DNA of 34,520 bases, taken from Bdellovibrionota bacterium. Its GTDB lineage: Bacteria; Bdellovibrionota_C; UBA2361; JBGSMV01. The position numbers were made by a program, and so were the translations under genes. The notes below the pieces were generated by a model. That model made no database searches. It was not told the origin of the DNA and was given only the letters and a program-made list of their open reading frames with translations. Shown one piece after another: positions 17,743-27,419 of the stretch (within the stretch, counting starts at the first letter, position 1; each line of letters begins with the position of its first letter). The DNA is taken from contig JBGSMV010000065.1 of the NCBI GenBank assembly GCA_041739995.1, positions 1 to 34,520 on the forward strand, in the 5' to 3' direction.

Positions 17743-18615
17743 ATGGCTAGACAGTTTGGTTCGCGATTTAACACCGGCTCCAGAGATCACGAGCGTGCAT
17801 TGATAGCCGGCTTAGGCACTGTGATTCTGGCTTTCTGTGGTGGCGCAGCTTTGTGGTTTTCAACCACTCCTGAGAATGTTGCGGTTGCCTCGACTCATCT
17901 TTCCCAATCCCAACGAGACCAGATGGTCAGCGTCCTGGTGCCTGTTCGAGACATTTCCGAGGGACAGACCCTCACCTCAGAACTATTTCGCGAAGAACAG
18001 CGACCAATAGAGTTTCTCCGAGTGGGCACCATTCGCTCTCTTGAAGAAATTAAAAACCGCTACGCAATGTCAACGCTACTTGAGGGCGAGCCGCTCGTGG
18101 CGAAAAGAGTTACCGCGCAGCGACGCCTCAGTCCAATCTCACCGCAAATCACCAAGGGGAAAAGCGCCGTGACTATCCGGGTTGACGATCTAAACTCAGC
18201 CAGCGGAATGGTGAGACCAGGCGAACTAGTGGACATCGCCTGGATATATCAATTACAGGATCAGCCTGCGATTAGTCTGATTGTACGAAGCGCTCCCGTA
18301 CTTGCCGCCGACCAGCAAGTCGAAGGAGAGTTTCGCCTCGGAATGCCCACTCCAGGCACTATCACCCTGCTCGTTCCCCCTGCTGAGGCATTACAGATTC
18401 AGCTGGCCGCAAAGACTGGGACCCTGCACCTATCACTGCGTGGTCCGGACGCGGAGTATGAAGTCGATGCTGATCAACCAATCACTAAAAACACTATTAC
18501 CCGCGAGTCGGCTCCAATAGCAAAGAATACTATCGAGTGCCGAGGTACGTTAAAAGTCAACGGAGAACGCTACTGTGTCAGCTCTGATGGCTCACTGACC
18601 CTGAAAGCAGATTAG
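17743..18615 (+). CDS. cpaB: Flp pilus assembly protein CpaB/RcpC
   Basis: AGGAGG RBS. N-terminal TM helix, SAF domain (VLVPVRDISEGQTL...LLEGEPL) and RcpC domain (GKSAVTIRVD...SGMVRPGELVDI...VLAADQ...TITLLV...LAAKTGTLHLSLR). Confidence 0.85.
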   Translation: MARQFGSRFNTGSRDHERALIAGLGTVILAFCGGAALWFSTTPENVAVASTHLSQSQRDQMVSVLVPVRDISEGQTLTSELFREEQRPIEFLRVGTIRSLEEIKNRYAMSTLLEGEPLVAKRVTAQRRLSPISPQITKGKSAVTIRVDDLNSASGMVRPGELVDIAWIYQLQDQPAISLIVRSAPVLAADQQVEGEFRLGMPTPGTITLLVPPAEALQIQLAAKTGTLHLSLRGPDAEYEVDADQPITKNTITRESAPIAKNTIECRGTLKVNGERYCVSSDGSLTLKAD

Positions 18616-18629
18616 GCCTAAGGGCTAGA

Positions 18630-19532
18630 CTACGGAGTTGCGAGCGACATCGAAGCAGAAAAGACTTCGCCTGGGTTAAGTACGATCGGCTTTGCGATTG
18701 CTCCGCACTCCACACACACGAAGCGCCTATAGGCGTCGGGCGCCAAGTCACTCATGCCTTTTGATTTCTCCGCCCATGGATTCCACAGAACGGCGTCAGG
18801 CATTTGGTTCTTCTCGATGGTCATGGACAATATTTCATGCTCAAGAACCTCGATAATATCAGGGGCATCACAATAAATTCGATCGACTTCCTCTGATATA
18901 GTTGCGAGCGCACGCTGGTCAACGAAGGATTGCTTGCTCTTCAAATTATCCAGATACGGTAAGCCAGATAGGCCGCGCACTGAGGTTGCCGCAATATCGG
19001 CGACCTTAAAATAGGTATGAAAAGCCCACTGAAATTGAAGTGCCTGGCGATCGGTATTCGAAACCGTAACTTCAGCTTGAAGCTTAGTGGAGAGACTGTA
19101 TCGAATTCGGCACACAAATCGGTTCGGCCACAGCGCCCTCGTGCCCTCATCGTCTTCAAGTTGCAACGCCACTGAGCACTCACTACTGTTCGACTTACTC
19201 TCCACGACATGCCAGGGGCGGTTACGGGCAAACCCATGTGAAGCTAAGGTCCCGGGACCAAACTGGGGAAACACAAGCGGAATCCCTCCTCGAACTGCCT
19301 TCTCGGCAGAGAATATTGCAGAATCACTCAGGAACAACTGTTCACCAGAAGATTCGACGCACCACGATGTAAGCGTAGCGCCATGAAGATAAATCTCTGC
19401 ACTGTGACCCTTCGACGTGGCAAGACGCACGTAGGGGAGCCCACCTCTGCCCTGCAGAAAAGAAACTTCCCGCCCCCCAAACTGCTGCTCAAGGACTTCA
19501 ATGGTTTGTGAACACGCTTGCTTACTTGTCAC
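18630..19532 (-). CDS. D-hexose-6-phosphate mutarotase (glucose-6-phosphate 1-epimerase, YeaD-like)
   Basis: GATLTSW, AVRGGIPLVFPQFG, HGFARN, FHTYF, EVDRIY, VLWNPW and FVCVE. AAGGA RBS before the GTG. Confidence 0.9.
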   Translation of the reverse strand: MTSKQACSQTIEVLEQQFGGREVSFLQGRGGLPYVRLATSKGHSAEIYLHGATLTSWCVESSGEQLFLSDSAIFSAEKAVRGGIPLVFPQFGPGTLASHGFARNRPWHVVESKSNSSECSVALQLEDDEGTRALWPNRFVCRIRYSLSTKLQAEVTVSNTDRQALQFQWAFHTYFKVADIAATSVRGLSGLPYLDNLKSKQSFVDQRALATISEEVDRIYCDAPDIIEVLEHEILSMTIEKNQMPDAVLWNPWAEKSKGMSDLAPDAYRRFVCVECGAIAKPIVLNPGEVFSASMSLATP

Positions 19533-19639
19533 CGAAGTTCCTTACTGGATTGCTTAGTTGAAACTAAATCGCGTTCCGATCTACCGCTCCTGACCGACGA
19601 AGGACACACCTGCCAGATTGGGGTCACATGCTGAAGTGC

Positions 19640-22600
19640 CTAATCCTTAACCGTATATAGGTTGCCTTCGCGGGTCAGGTAAAAGCGCTTTTGTTCTTCA
19701 AGATTGAACGGGCGAGAACCGATTCTGCCAAAAACTGCAATTTGATGTCCGGTCTCGTCCACCGCGCGATCTCGCTCAAGAGCTTCCGAAATAGCCATTG
19801 CTGGCCCACCGGTCTTGATCCACGACACCACTTGAGGCTGCACTTCAGGTGAGAATCCATAATAGGCCGGTACTCGGTCAGGGTCGGTGAGCTGCAGCAC
19901 CAGCATTCCGTTGTGCCCATCTGCGACATAAGCAAACGCCGAGGCATTAGTCGCTGCAATCTTCACATCATAGGTATCGTTGATACGCCCGTTGTCGTTG
20001 AAAACTTGGTAGATCTTAGGCTGCTCAGGGCGCTCTACATCAATAATCACCACACCCTGAGACCCGCCCGCCACATAGGCATATGTACGGGCCACGTATA
20101 CATTGCGCGCATCAGGAAGCGGAATGAAGCCTTTCTGTACCTTCGTAGGCCTATCAGGATTGGTGATGTCGACCACATGAAAGCCGCGTTTATCAGTAAC
20201 AAACGCATAGCGGAACTGAATAGCTACCGCGGTAGGATCATCGAACGACAAGACCGAACGAACTTTAGGCTCAAGCGGCACATCGAGGTCAAGAATAACG
20301 AGCTTGTCGTGAGTCATTACGAAGGTGTTCGTTCCGGCCGTAGTAATGTACTTGGCACCGCTAAGTACTCCATCCTCATTCCACGTAAGCGCTCTTTCGA
20401 AGAAATTGTTGCGCGGCTCTCCATCAGACAGCGTATCGATATTGACTAAAATTAGGCCTTCTTCGCTGTCAGAGATGAGCGCGTAGTGATACAGGGCGTG
20501 CATCGGGGTTTCGAGATTTTCAGGCAACTGTTCGCGAAATGGTGCGATAGTCTGGGCCGAAGTCGGCAACACGAATGAGGTCGCATTCTTAGTCGCCACG
20601 TGCGTGTCTTGCCCTAGAGGCGAGAATGGCGCGGTGACGATGCGCTCCGAAAATCCCTTATTAGCGATGTTCGCCACATCGTATGCCCTAAAGCCACCCT
20701 CGCCTGCAGTGGTGTAGAGATATTCACCTCTAAGCTGAAGCGTATTGGTAACTCCGCCTGCCCCATGGTGTCGATGGGAGGTTTGAAGCTCCTTACCTTT
20801 GTCCTCATGCGCCTTATAGTAGTCAGGATACGCATAACGATGCAGAAAGCTCCCAATCACTGATTGAGGCTCATCCCATTCGGTTACCTGAACGCCTTCA
20901 AGTCCATGCTCACCCGTGGCTACCCATGCGTAATGCCCCATCAGGCTCATGAAGTTTGTGCCCTGCAACAATAGCTGAGCCATAATTGCATTGTTGTCGT
21001 TCTTGCTTGAAACGTGACAGTCCTCGCAGTCCTTGGTCTCTGTCTTTCTAACCGTGTGTGGGAAATGCGGCGCAAAGGCTTGAGAACTGTGCCCAGAAGC
21101 AGCAGTAGGCGGCTGCTGAATGTAGATTTTCTGCCGATTAATGTCAGTTGAACTTAAGACCAGCGCACTTGATGATCGTACGGGAACAATCTTATTGCCC
21201 TTGGCTGGCCCATGCAGCCCTAGCTGATAAATATCATCGCGCACCACCTGCGGATTATAGGTCGCCCAGTTTCTAGTAGTCTTGCCATCATAATGCTTGC
21301 TGTCAGCCTTCCAGTTGGCCTGAATCGGAAGATGGCAACCGCCACAGCTCGTCATCCAGGAACTATGACAAGCGAAACACGCCATGTCGTCGTCTGCATG
21401 CGCCAACACTTTGGAGAGCTTGTCGGCATTCGCATCAACAACGCCTAAATCTCCCCAGTGCTGTTCCCCGTCGGCTCCGACCTTCTGCAGCGTTTTGGCA
21501 CGGGAAGATTTCTCATTATACTCAGGACTCTCGCGGTTCACGCTGTCACGCACCTGGCTTATCTTCCACTCAAGTCCGGGGGTAAGCGTGGATCTTTGAA
21601 AGAGATCGTCTCCTTTCCAAATGAACCGCTGATCGCCAAACGGCGTCCTCATCAGGCTCAGATCACGCCCACCTGTTGGTGCGGCAGGTCCGGAGGTAAG
21701 CAACGTCGGTCGCTTCGCCGCCGTTCCATGACAATCTTGGCATTGAATCTCTACGGCCTGAGCTACCTCGCCGTATAGATTCCCGTCACCATGTCCGTCT
21801 TGGTTGAAATGGCAATCGACGCAATGCATGCCGTAGTCGACATGAATGTCCGCCATGTGCACGGCTTTCTTAAACTTGTCTGGATCGTCGAACTTTACAA
21901 CTTTGCCGTCTTTATCCAGCAAATGCCCTTTTCGATCCTTTTTGAATATCGCCCTAAAATTCCAGCCGTGCCCGTGATAATCAGCAAACTGCGTATCTTT
22001 AAGTTTTGGATTAAGCTCAGAGACGCCGCGCAAAAATTCCTCGTCGCTCCACTTTCCTCGAACCACCGCTTCTTCAGGATTTCGCTCGAGCATGGTTTTC
22101 ATTTCATCGCTACTTGGATAACGCTGCTCTTCGGGCCACATGTGCTTGGCGTCACTCTCATAATCCCACATGGTGTAACCGAGAAAAGAATTCACAAACA
22201 TGTTGGGCTGATGCATGTGGCACACCATGCATTGGCTAGTGGGAATGGATCGTGAGAACTCGTGCACGATTGGATGCCCCGCCTCATTCTTGGGAATCAT
22301 CGGATCTTTAGTTTGAGACTCCCCGCCATGCCCAAACTTGGCCCAAGGTCCAGAATGCCGAGGGTCGCGGTCATTCGCGTAAATGCTGTGGCACGCAGTA
22401 CATCCTGAACTACGGAAATCCCCCGGATGGTCGTTTGTTCCCATGAACGACAAATGAGGATCGTTGAGGCGCGTCTTGTGTACGTTAATCACCGGCACTG
22501 AGATTCGACTGCCCGTCGCGGGACCACGATTAGATTGACGAATATCGGGCTTACCGTTCTCTTCTAGGAAATTGGGGTTACCAATCTCTGGGAAGGTAGA

Positions 22601-23431
22601 GCGCACGAAAATTCCGCCGCGTTCAAACACACGAAAGACGTCTCCCGGCGCAATGACTTCCCACTGCGGCATAGGGATGAGCTTTGGAAGCACCCCACGC
22701 GCTGCTTCTTCGGCCGTAGGAGGCTTAGTTGCATGAATCTCTCGTGCAAGGCCGTCACGTCCGTAGCTCTCTCCGAGAATGTAGCGCTTGTACGGTAAAA
22801 TATTATTGTTATAGGGGGCACCACCCCAGAGCATCGCTGAGGTAGTCATAATGCTACGCTCATTCGCATGCACAATATTCGAGTGACATCCTCCGCACGT
22901 CTCTCGCGCAACGCGCAAGTCTCCCGGATTCATGAACTTCACATATTCAGCGCTCTCTTGAAGAGTCTTGGTATAAGCCTGCTCTGGATTACCAGAAGTT
23001 GGCCACCAATCTGGACGTCGCGGGAGCACATGGGACTCAAGCTTAGCTTGCTCCCACTCCGGACTCCACTGCACTAAGTCACGCGCACGCACTGCAGAAT
23101 TTCCGCCATGACAATCCACGCAACCAATCATCACACCTGGATTACGGTGCATGCTGGTCGAATCCATTGGATTGTGACAATCGACACAGCCCTTACTGTT
23201 GTCATAAACCTGAGCAGCAGTAAGGCCAGACGGTACCGGCGAGACAATTTCGGAGTCAGTCGAATCAGATTCCGGATGCGCATAGGCGAACGGCGCAGAG
23301 CGAAGCGCAACGAGCAGACCCAAAAGGGTAGAGATTGCCACAATCAAAACAGCGCCGCGCGTAGGCCAACGGCCTCCCGCCCTTCCCTGCCGATTCGACT
23401 CGCAACAACTCTTCATCGCTTCACGCCCCAT
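19640..23431 (-). CDS. Exported decaheme cytochrome c fused to C-terminal LVIVD-repeat beta-propeller
   Basis: Signal/TM segment, then 10 CxxCH (CVDCH x3, CGGCH x2, CTACH, CMVCH, CQDCH, CFACH, CEDCH). C-terminal repeats such as YAFVTDKRGFHVVDITNP and YAYVAGGSQGVVIIDVERP. TAATG coupling to the upstream gene. Confidence 0.85.
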   Translation of the reverse strand: MGREAMKSCCESNRQGRAGGRWPTRGAVLIVAISTLLGLLVALRSAPFAYAHPESDSTDSEIVSPVPSGLTAAQVYDNSKGCVDCHNPMDSTSMHRNPGVMIGCVDCHGGNSAVRARDLVQWSPEWEQAKLESHVLPRRPDWWPTSGNPEQAYTKTLQESAEYVKFMNPGDLRVARETCGGCHSNIVHANERSIMTTSAMLWGGAPYNNNILPYKRYILGESYGRDGLAREIHATKPPTAEEAARGVLPKLIPMPQWEVIAPGDVFRVFERGGIFVRSTFPEIGNPNFLEENGKPDIRQSNRGPATGSRISVPVINVHKTRLNDPHLSFMGTNDHPGDFRSSGCTACHSIYANDRDPRHSGPWAKFGHGGESQTKDPMIPKNEAGHPIVHEFSRSIPTSQCMVCHMHQPNMFVNSFLGYTMWDYESDAKHMWPEEQRYPSSDEMKTMLERNPEEAVVRGKWSDEEFLRGVSELNPKLKDTQFADYHGHGWNFRAIFKKDRKGHLLDKDGKVVKFDDPDKFKKAVHMADIHVDYGMHCVDCHFNQDGHGDGNLYGEVAQAVEIQCQDCHGTAAKRPTLLTSGPAAPTGGRDLSLMRTPFGDQRFIWKGDDLFQRSTLTPGLEWKISQVRDSVNRESPEYNEKSSRAKTLQKVGADGEQHWGDLGVVDANADKLSKVLAHADDDMACFACHSSWMTSCGGCHLPIQANWKADSKHYDGKTTRNWATYNPQVVRDDIYQLGLHGPAKGNKIVPVRSSSALVLSSTDINRQKIYIQQPPTAASGHSSQAFAPHFPHTVRKTETKDCEDCHVSSKNDNNAIMAQLLLQGTNFMSLMGHYAWVATGEHGLEGVQVTEWDEPQSVIGSFLHRYAYPDYYKAHEDKGKELQTSHRHHGAGGVTNTLQLRGEYLYTTAGEGGFRAYDVANIANKGFSERIVTAPFSPLGQDTHVATKNATSFVLPTSAQTIAPFREQLPENLETPMHALYHYALISDSEEGLILVNIDTLSDGEPRNNFFERALTWNEDGVLSGAKYITTAGTNTFVMTHDKLVILDLDVPLEPKVRSVLSFDDPTAVAIQFRYAFVTDKRGFHVVDITNPDRPTKVQKGFIPLPDARNVYVARTYAYVAGGSQGVVIIDVERPEQPKIYQVFNDNGRINDTYDVKIAATNASAFAYVADGHNGMLVLQLTDPDRVPAYYGFSPEVQPQVVSWIKTGGPAMAISEALERDRAVDETGHQIAVFGRIGSRPFNLEEQKRFYLTREGNLYTVKD

Positions 23432-25299
23432 TAATACGCCAAAATCAAATTTGAAAAGAGACTATAGAGCCGCTCATCACCAAACAAGTTCTCCGTGCCC
23501 GAGGCAGGCAACAACACTGCCCCTCCAAAACGAAACTGAACGTTGTTGTTAAGAAAGGGGCGGTAGACCATCCCCGTGGACAGATCAAAACCTATATTTC
23601 GAGAAATAGAACCGTCTTGACGTGTAGTCTCAAGCACGTCCGTTTGATCAAACTGCAAATAGGAAACGTTATTGATGAGCTTGAGAGTTGGAGTTACTTC
23701 AACGTCCAAGCCGACGTTATAGATTCGAATACCAGGGTTAACAAAGTTTGACTGCCCCTGCTCCTTCCCGGGACGAAGGTTTGCCAACAAACTATTTCTA
23801 TTTACTAGTGAAACTATGCCGCCACCGATGAAGGGGACTCCCTGCCTCTGCCAAAAAGAATTATCCCCACCTGCAAAATTCGGATTGTCAAAGATCGCGT
23901 CGAACCCATTTGCGTTACCATCGAACGCATCGTCATCGCCCGACGCCCAAAACAACGAAGATCTTAATCGAATCCAATCAAAGTCGTAGGAAACTTCGAG
24001 CGCCGCCATTGCCGCACTGACATCAACCTGCTGCCCGGCAATTTGATTGTGACTCTCTGAACCCGTCACATAGTAGAAGGACTCCGTAATATTGAGGCGC
24101 CCGAAGTGTCCGTCCCCATTGAGGCCGAAATAAGTGGTATAAATGTTTTTGGGTCTCTCATCCCCAATCGAGGCGGGGCGAACCAGGAATCCATTCTTGT
24201 CATACTCCGCTTTGTGGTCGCCTGCTTGATCAGCGCGGTAGATGATAGTGCCCTGAACCTGATGCCCCAACACCGGATTGTCCTGACTGTACAGATTGGT
24301 CACCACTACGTCTTCGTAGCGATCCTCGAACCAGGTATTCAGCCCAGAATTGGTGTCCTTTTCGATGCGCCGAAAGTACGCCAAATTGTACTGCCATTGA
24401 TTGTTGTCCCAGTTTCCAAATAAACGAACACCCGGCTCTGAGACATTATAAACGAATCCTCTGAAATCAGCGTTGAACTGCTGCACACCTACTCTAGTGG
24501 ATACGAAGTCATAGCGGTCTGAAATATTGGCGATATGGATGTCCGCGAACAGCTCGAGAGGCCCAATGTACTCATCCCCTCGGGAATTTCCGCGTGAAGC
24601 ATCAACTCTCAAGAGCCCATCTTCCTCAATCGAGGCATAGGTGAAATTCATCACCGGCACGAAACGAAACTCAAAATCTTGCGGCTTGAAGGTTGTGTTT
24701 CCCTGAGTCAGTGAAAAAAGGAAAATAAGGTTCTGATTAAAGAATGCCTGCTCACTCCCCCCGAATTGGTCGGTACTCTCTGGGTGTCTGGAGGAGGACG
24801 GCACCACGGGAGTGGGAATATTTCGATACTCGAATAGTGAATCAGAGGTCAGCCCAAGCTCAACAAACCAAGGATGCGCGGGAGAGCCGAATACCGGAAT
24901 ATCTCCCTTCACCACGTTTTGGTTGTAGGGATCATACCACTTACCGACATACAACTGTCGCCAACGATCGGGCACCGTCAAGAAGTCTGGAGCAGAAGAG
25001 TTAATTTCAGGAACACTCTCAAAAATGTATGGGGAAAAGCTGGTGGATTGAGGACCTTCTCCCGGACGCTGACGCTCAGGGGTTTGTGCCAGTCCTTTTG
25101 CTTCGGGCTCGCTCTCGGAAGCTGCCGCTTCGGGGTTCTTCACTTCCCCTGAAGGAGATACTGAAGCAGTGGCTCCCGGCTCAAGACTATCCACATCTGC
25201 AAACGCAGCTTTCATGAACACAAAGTTCACGAGCAACAGAGTCGCAAAAATGAAACTACCGCGCCTCATGGCCCCACACTTCATGGCCCTACACCCCAT
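23431..25299 (-). CDS. Outer-membrane beta-barrel protein (porin/alginate-export-like)
   Basis: Signal peptide ending AFA. Many alternating aromatic/hydrophobic strands and a C-terminal LFSNLILAY barrel-type signal. Alternative starts at 25284 and 25269. Confidence 0.75.
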   Translation of the reverse strand: MGCRAMKCGAMRRGSFIFATLLLVNFVFMKAAFADVDSLEPGATASVSPSGEVKNPEAAASESEPEAKGLAQTPERQRPGEGPQSTSFSPYIFESVPEINSSAPDFLTVPDRWRQLYVGKWYDPYNQNVVKGDIPVFGSPAHPWFVELGLTSDSLFEYRNIPTPVVPSSSRHPESTDQFGGSEQAFFNQNLIFLFSLTQGNTTFKPQDFEFRFVPVMNFTYASIEEDGLLRVDASRGNSRGDEYIGPLELFADIHIANISDRYDFVSTRVGVQQFNADFRGFVYNVSEPGVRLFGNWDNNQWQYNLAYFRRIEKDTNSGLNTWFEDRYEDVVVTNLYSQDNPVLGHQVQGTIIYRADQAGDHKAEYDKNGFLVRPASIGDERPKNIYTTYFGLNGDGHFGRLNITESFYYVTGSESHNQIAGQQVDVSAAMAALEVSYDFDWIRLRSSLFWASGDDDAFDGNANGFDAIFDNPNFAGGDNSFWQRQGVPFIGGGIVSLVNRNSLLANLRPGKEQGQSNFVNPGIRIYNVGLDVEVTPTLKLINNVSYLQFDQTDVLETTRQDGSISRNIGFDLSTGMVYRPFLNNNVQFRFGGAVLLPASGTENLFGDERLYSLFSNLILAY

Positions 25300-25373
25300 G
25301 ACATTGTCCTACAAACGCCTGTCCTAAAAACTATTATACTACCCTACAGATCAAGTCACTCTTGCTTACCAAA

Positions 25374-27419
25374 CTACAGACCATCGCAAACGTTCTGATC
25401 ATTGCTCCCCGCGAATGGCCCTTCAGGGCAATTCACATATCGCAGTCGCACCCCGGTATCCGAAACTTCCTGCGCATCAGCCCGCATTTCCTTAGGGGCG
25501 TGAAATCCGAGTCCTGCATCCCCTATTCCAGTGTGCCCTACAAAGTCCAAACCTCTCCGACTCGCACTGTAAAACGCTATTAGATCATCTTGGTCAACTC
25601 CGTCGCCGCTGATTCCAAAGCCACCAATCAGGGTCGACCCACGATAGAGCGGCACTCCTCCCGGGAATATTTGCAAGCCGTTTGCGAGATTTCTGGTAAG
25701 CACTCCACCCACACAAGAATCTGGAAAAGAGGCGGACGGAATAAGCTGCAAGGCCTGAGCGATTCCTCCGAACGAAAGATCAAGCTGAAGTCCAGTATTA
25801 AATGGGCTCCACGATCTCCCCTCAGCGGTACCTGGGAAAGGCAAGGAGAAAGGTCCGTTGGGTTTACCCTGAATGCCATCAGGGAAATACGGCCGAGAAA
25901 TATTGGCGATTGAGCGATTTCCAAAGGCCACTCCGTTTGAGAGTGCATCGGGGCCAATCAGAGCTTTGGTCGCGGCCACGTAGCCGCCTTGCCCCATGGC
26001 CGAGAGTCGTTCCGCCGCGCTTGGGGAACTAATTAATGTTACGGAACGAGCCTTCTGAAGCGAAACATCTATGCCGAACACCGGACCATCCGCAGAGCGA
26101 ACAAAGCCAAGCGGCTCTCCATTTATGTCTACTACCCAAATCGAAACGTTGGCTGGATTATCAAGAGGTCTTCGAATCGCAGCGCGAGCGCGCGAAGCGG
26201 TGGTTAGCGCACTATCAAGCAATGCATCCACTTCAGAGGCGGTAAGTGCGATGCCCGCAGGTCCAGTACCGGGGCGCGTCGGGAAGCGTACCGCCCCGCC
26301 ATTTCCGACCAGCACCGCAGAGGGAAGACCACGGCGCGAGGTCCGCATCACCCCAGAAGCAGGCGAGCCGTACATCACACCCTCCCGCACTTCTCCGCGA
26401 GTAAATTCAGGCACCGCCACAAGTCGAGAATCATCGAATGAGGCACCCTCTGACGGAACAGGATCTATCTGATCGTAGGTTAAATCTGTGTAACGCAGAG
26501 ACTTACCCACATTCATATTAGGCGCCACTCGCTCAGAAGGAGCTTCGAATCCTCCTTGAGACGCCATCATCGCCAGGCGTTCTTCAACGTCGTCATCGTA
26601 ATCAGTATTATCCCGATCCAAGGTGTAGCGACCATCGAGCTCAACTCCGAGCCCGCCCACCAAATCTCCCATCTTATAAAGCGGGATACCGCCCGGATCT
26701 GCTGAAAGTCCGAGAGGCAAACCTCTCGGTCCCACACTCCCGCCAACCAGCAACTTGTTTGGCCCGGAAGGCCTGCCGTCTGAAATCTCTGGGTTGCGAG
26801 TAGTGACGTCACTACACAGCAGCTGCGAAAACTGCACGCCAAAAAGCGGACCGCCGGGTTGTCCGCGCTCGGGAGGATTAAAATGCTCTTGAATAATTTG
26901 ACTCGCCGTTCGTGTAGAAAAAGCATTGCCCTGACTACTAAGAAAAGCGCCGGTGCCTGCTTTAGAAATCGCCGCAAGTACACTTGGCACTTCCAGGCCT
27001 TCGAGACCGCCGACTGCCCCAATTTGCCCATCGATCCGCGTAGTCGGTGCCGCACCTTCCATTTGGTAAAGAGCAAGCACGTTCCCTACGCGATCAACTA
27101 CAGAAAAAGTTGCGCTTACACCTAGAAACTGCGCTGAACGAATTGCCTGGGTGACGATTCCCCTTACTTCAGAGGCCGACAATTGCTGGTTGGCACAACT
27201 TCCATCACACCCAAAATCAGCTGCGGCACTGCCTTCCCCACGGCCCGATCCATCGCCACCACCGCCTCCTCCGCTACAACCGGCAACCACTCCGACGGTT
27301 ACGGCAACAATGAGTGCAGAAAGAACTCGGTGCGCACAAAGACCCACAAATCCGGGGCAATCCCAGCGAATGATATCGGCAAACCTCATTTTGGCTAACC
27401 TCATTTTAGAAAATCTCAC
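25374..27419 (-). CDS. Lipoprotein with two GlcG/HbpS-like heme-binding domains
   Basis: Lipobox VAG-C followed by a Gly linker. Two copies of VVDxxG...KAxT/S...PGGxPLY...L(V/I)GGxG(V/I). GTGA overlap with the upstream gene. Confidence 0.8.
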   Translation of the reverse strand: MRFSKMRLAKMRFADIIRWDCPGFVGLCAHRVLSALIVAVTVGVVAGCSGGGGGGDGSGRGEGSAAADFGCDGSCANQQLSASEVRGIVTQAIRSAQFLGVSATFSVVDRVGNVLALYQMEGAAPTTRIDGQIGAVGGLEGLEVPSVLAAISKAGTGAFLSSQGNAFSTRTASQIIQEHFNPPERGQPGGPLFGVQFSQLLCSDVTTRNPEISDGRPSGPNKLLVGGSVGPRGLPLGLSADPGGIPLYKMGDLVGGLGVELDGRYTLDRDNTDYDDDVEERLAMMASQGGFEAPSERVAPNMNVGKSLRYTDLTYDQIDPVPSEGASFDDSRLVAVPEFTRGEVREGVMYGSPASGVMRTSRRGLPSAVLVGNGGAVRFPTRPGTGPAGIALTASEVDALLDSALTTASRARAAIRRPLDNPANVSIWVVDINGEPLGFVRSADGPVFGIDVSLQKARSVTLISSPSAAERLSAMGQGGYVAATKALIGPDALSNGVAFGNRSIANISRPYFPDGIQGKPNGPFSLPFPGTAEGRSWSPFNTGLQLDLSFGGIAQALQLIPSASFPDSCVGGVLTRNLANGLQIFPGGVPLYRGSTLIGGFGISGDGVDQDDLIAFYSASRRGLDFVGHTGIGDAGLGFHAPKEMRADAQEVSDTGVRLRYVNCPEGPFAGSNDQNVCDGL

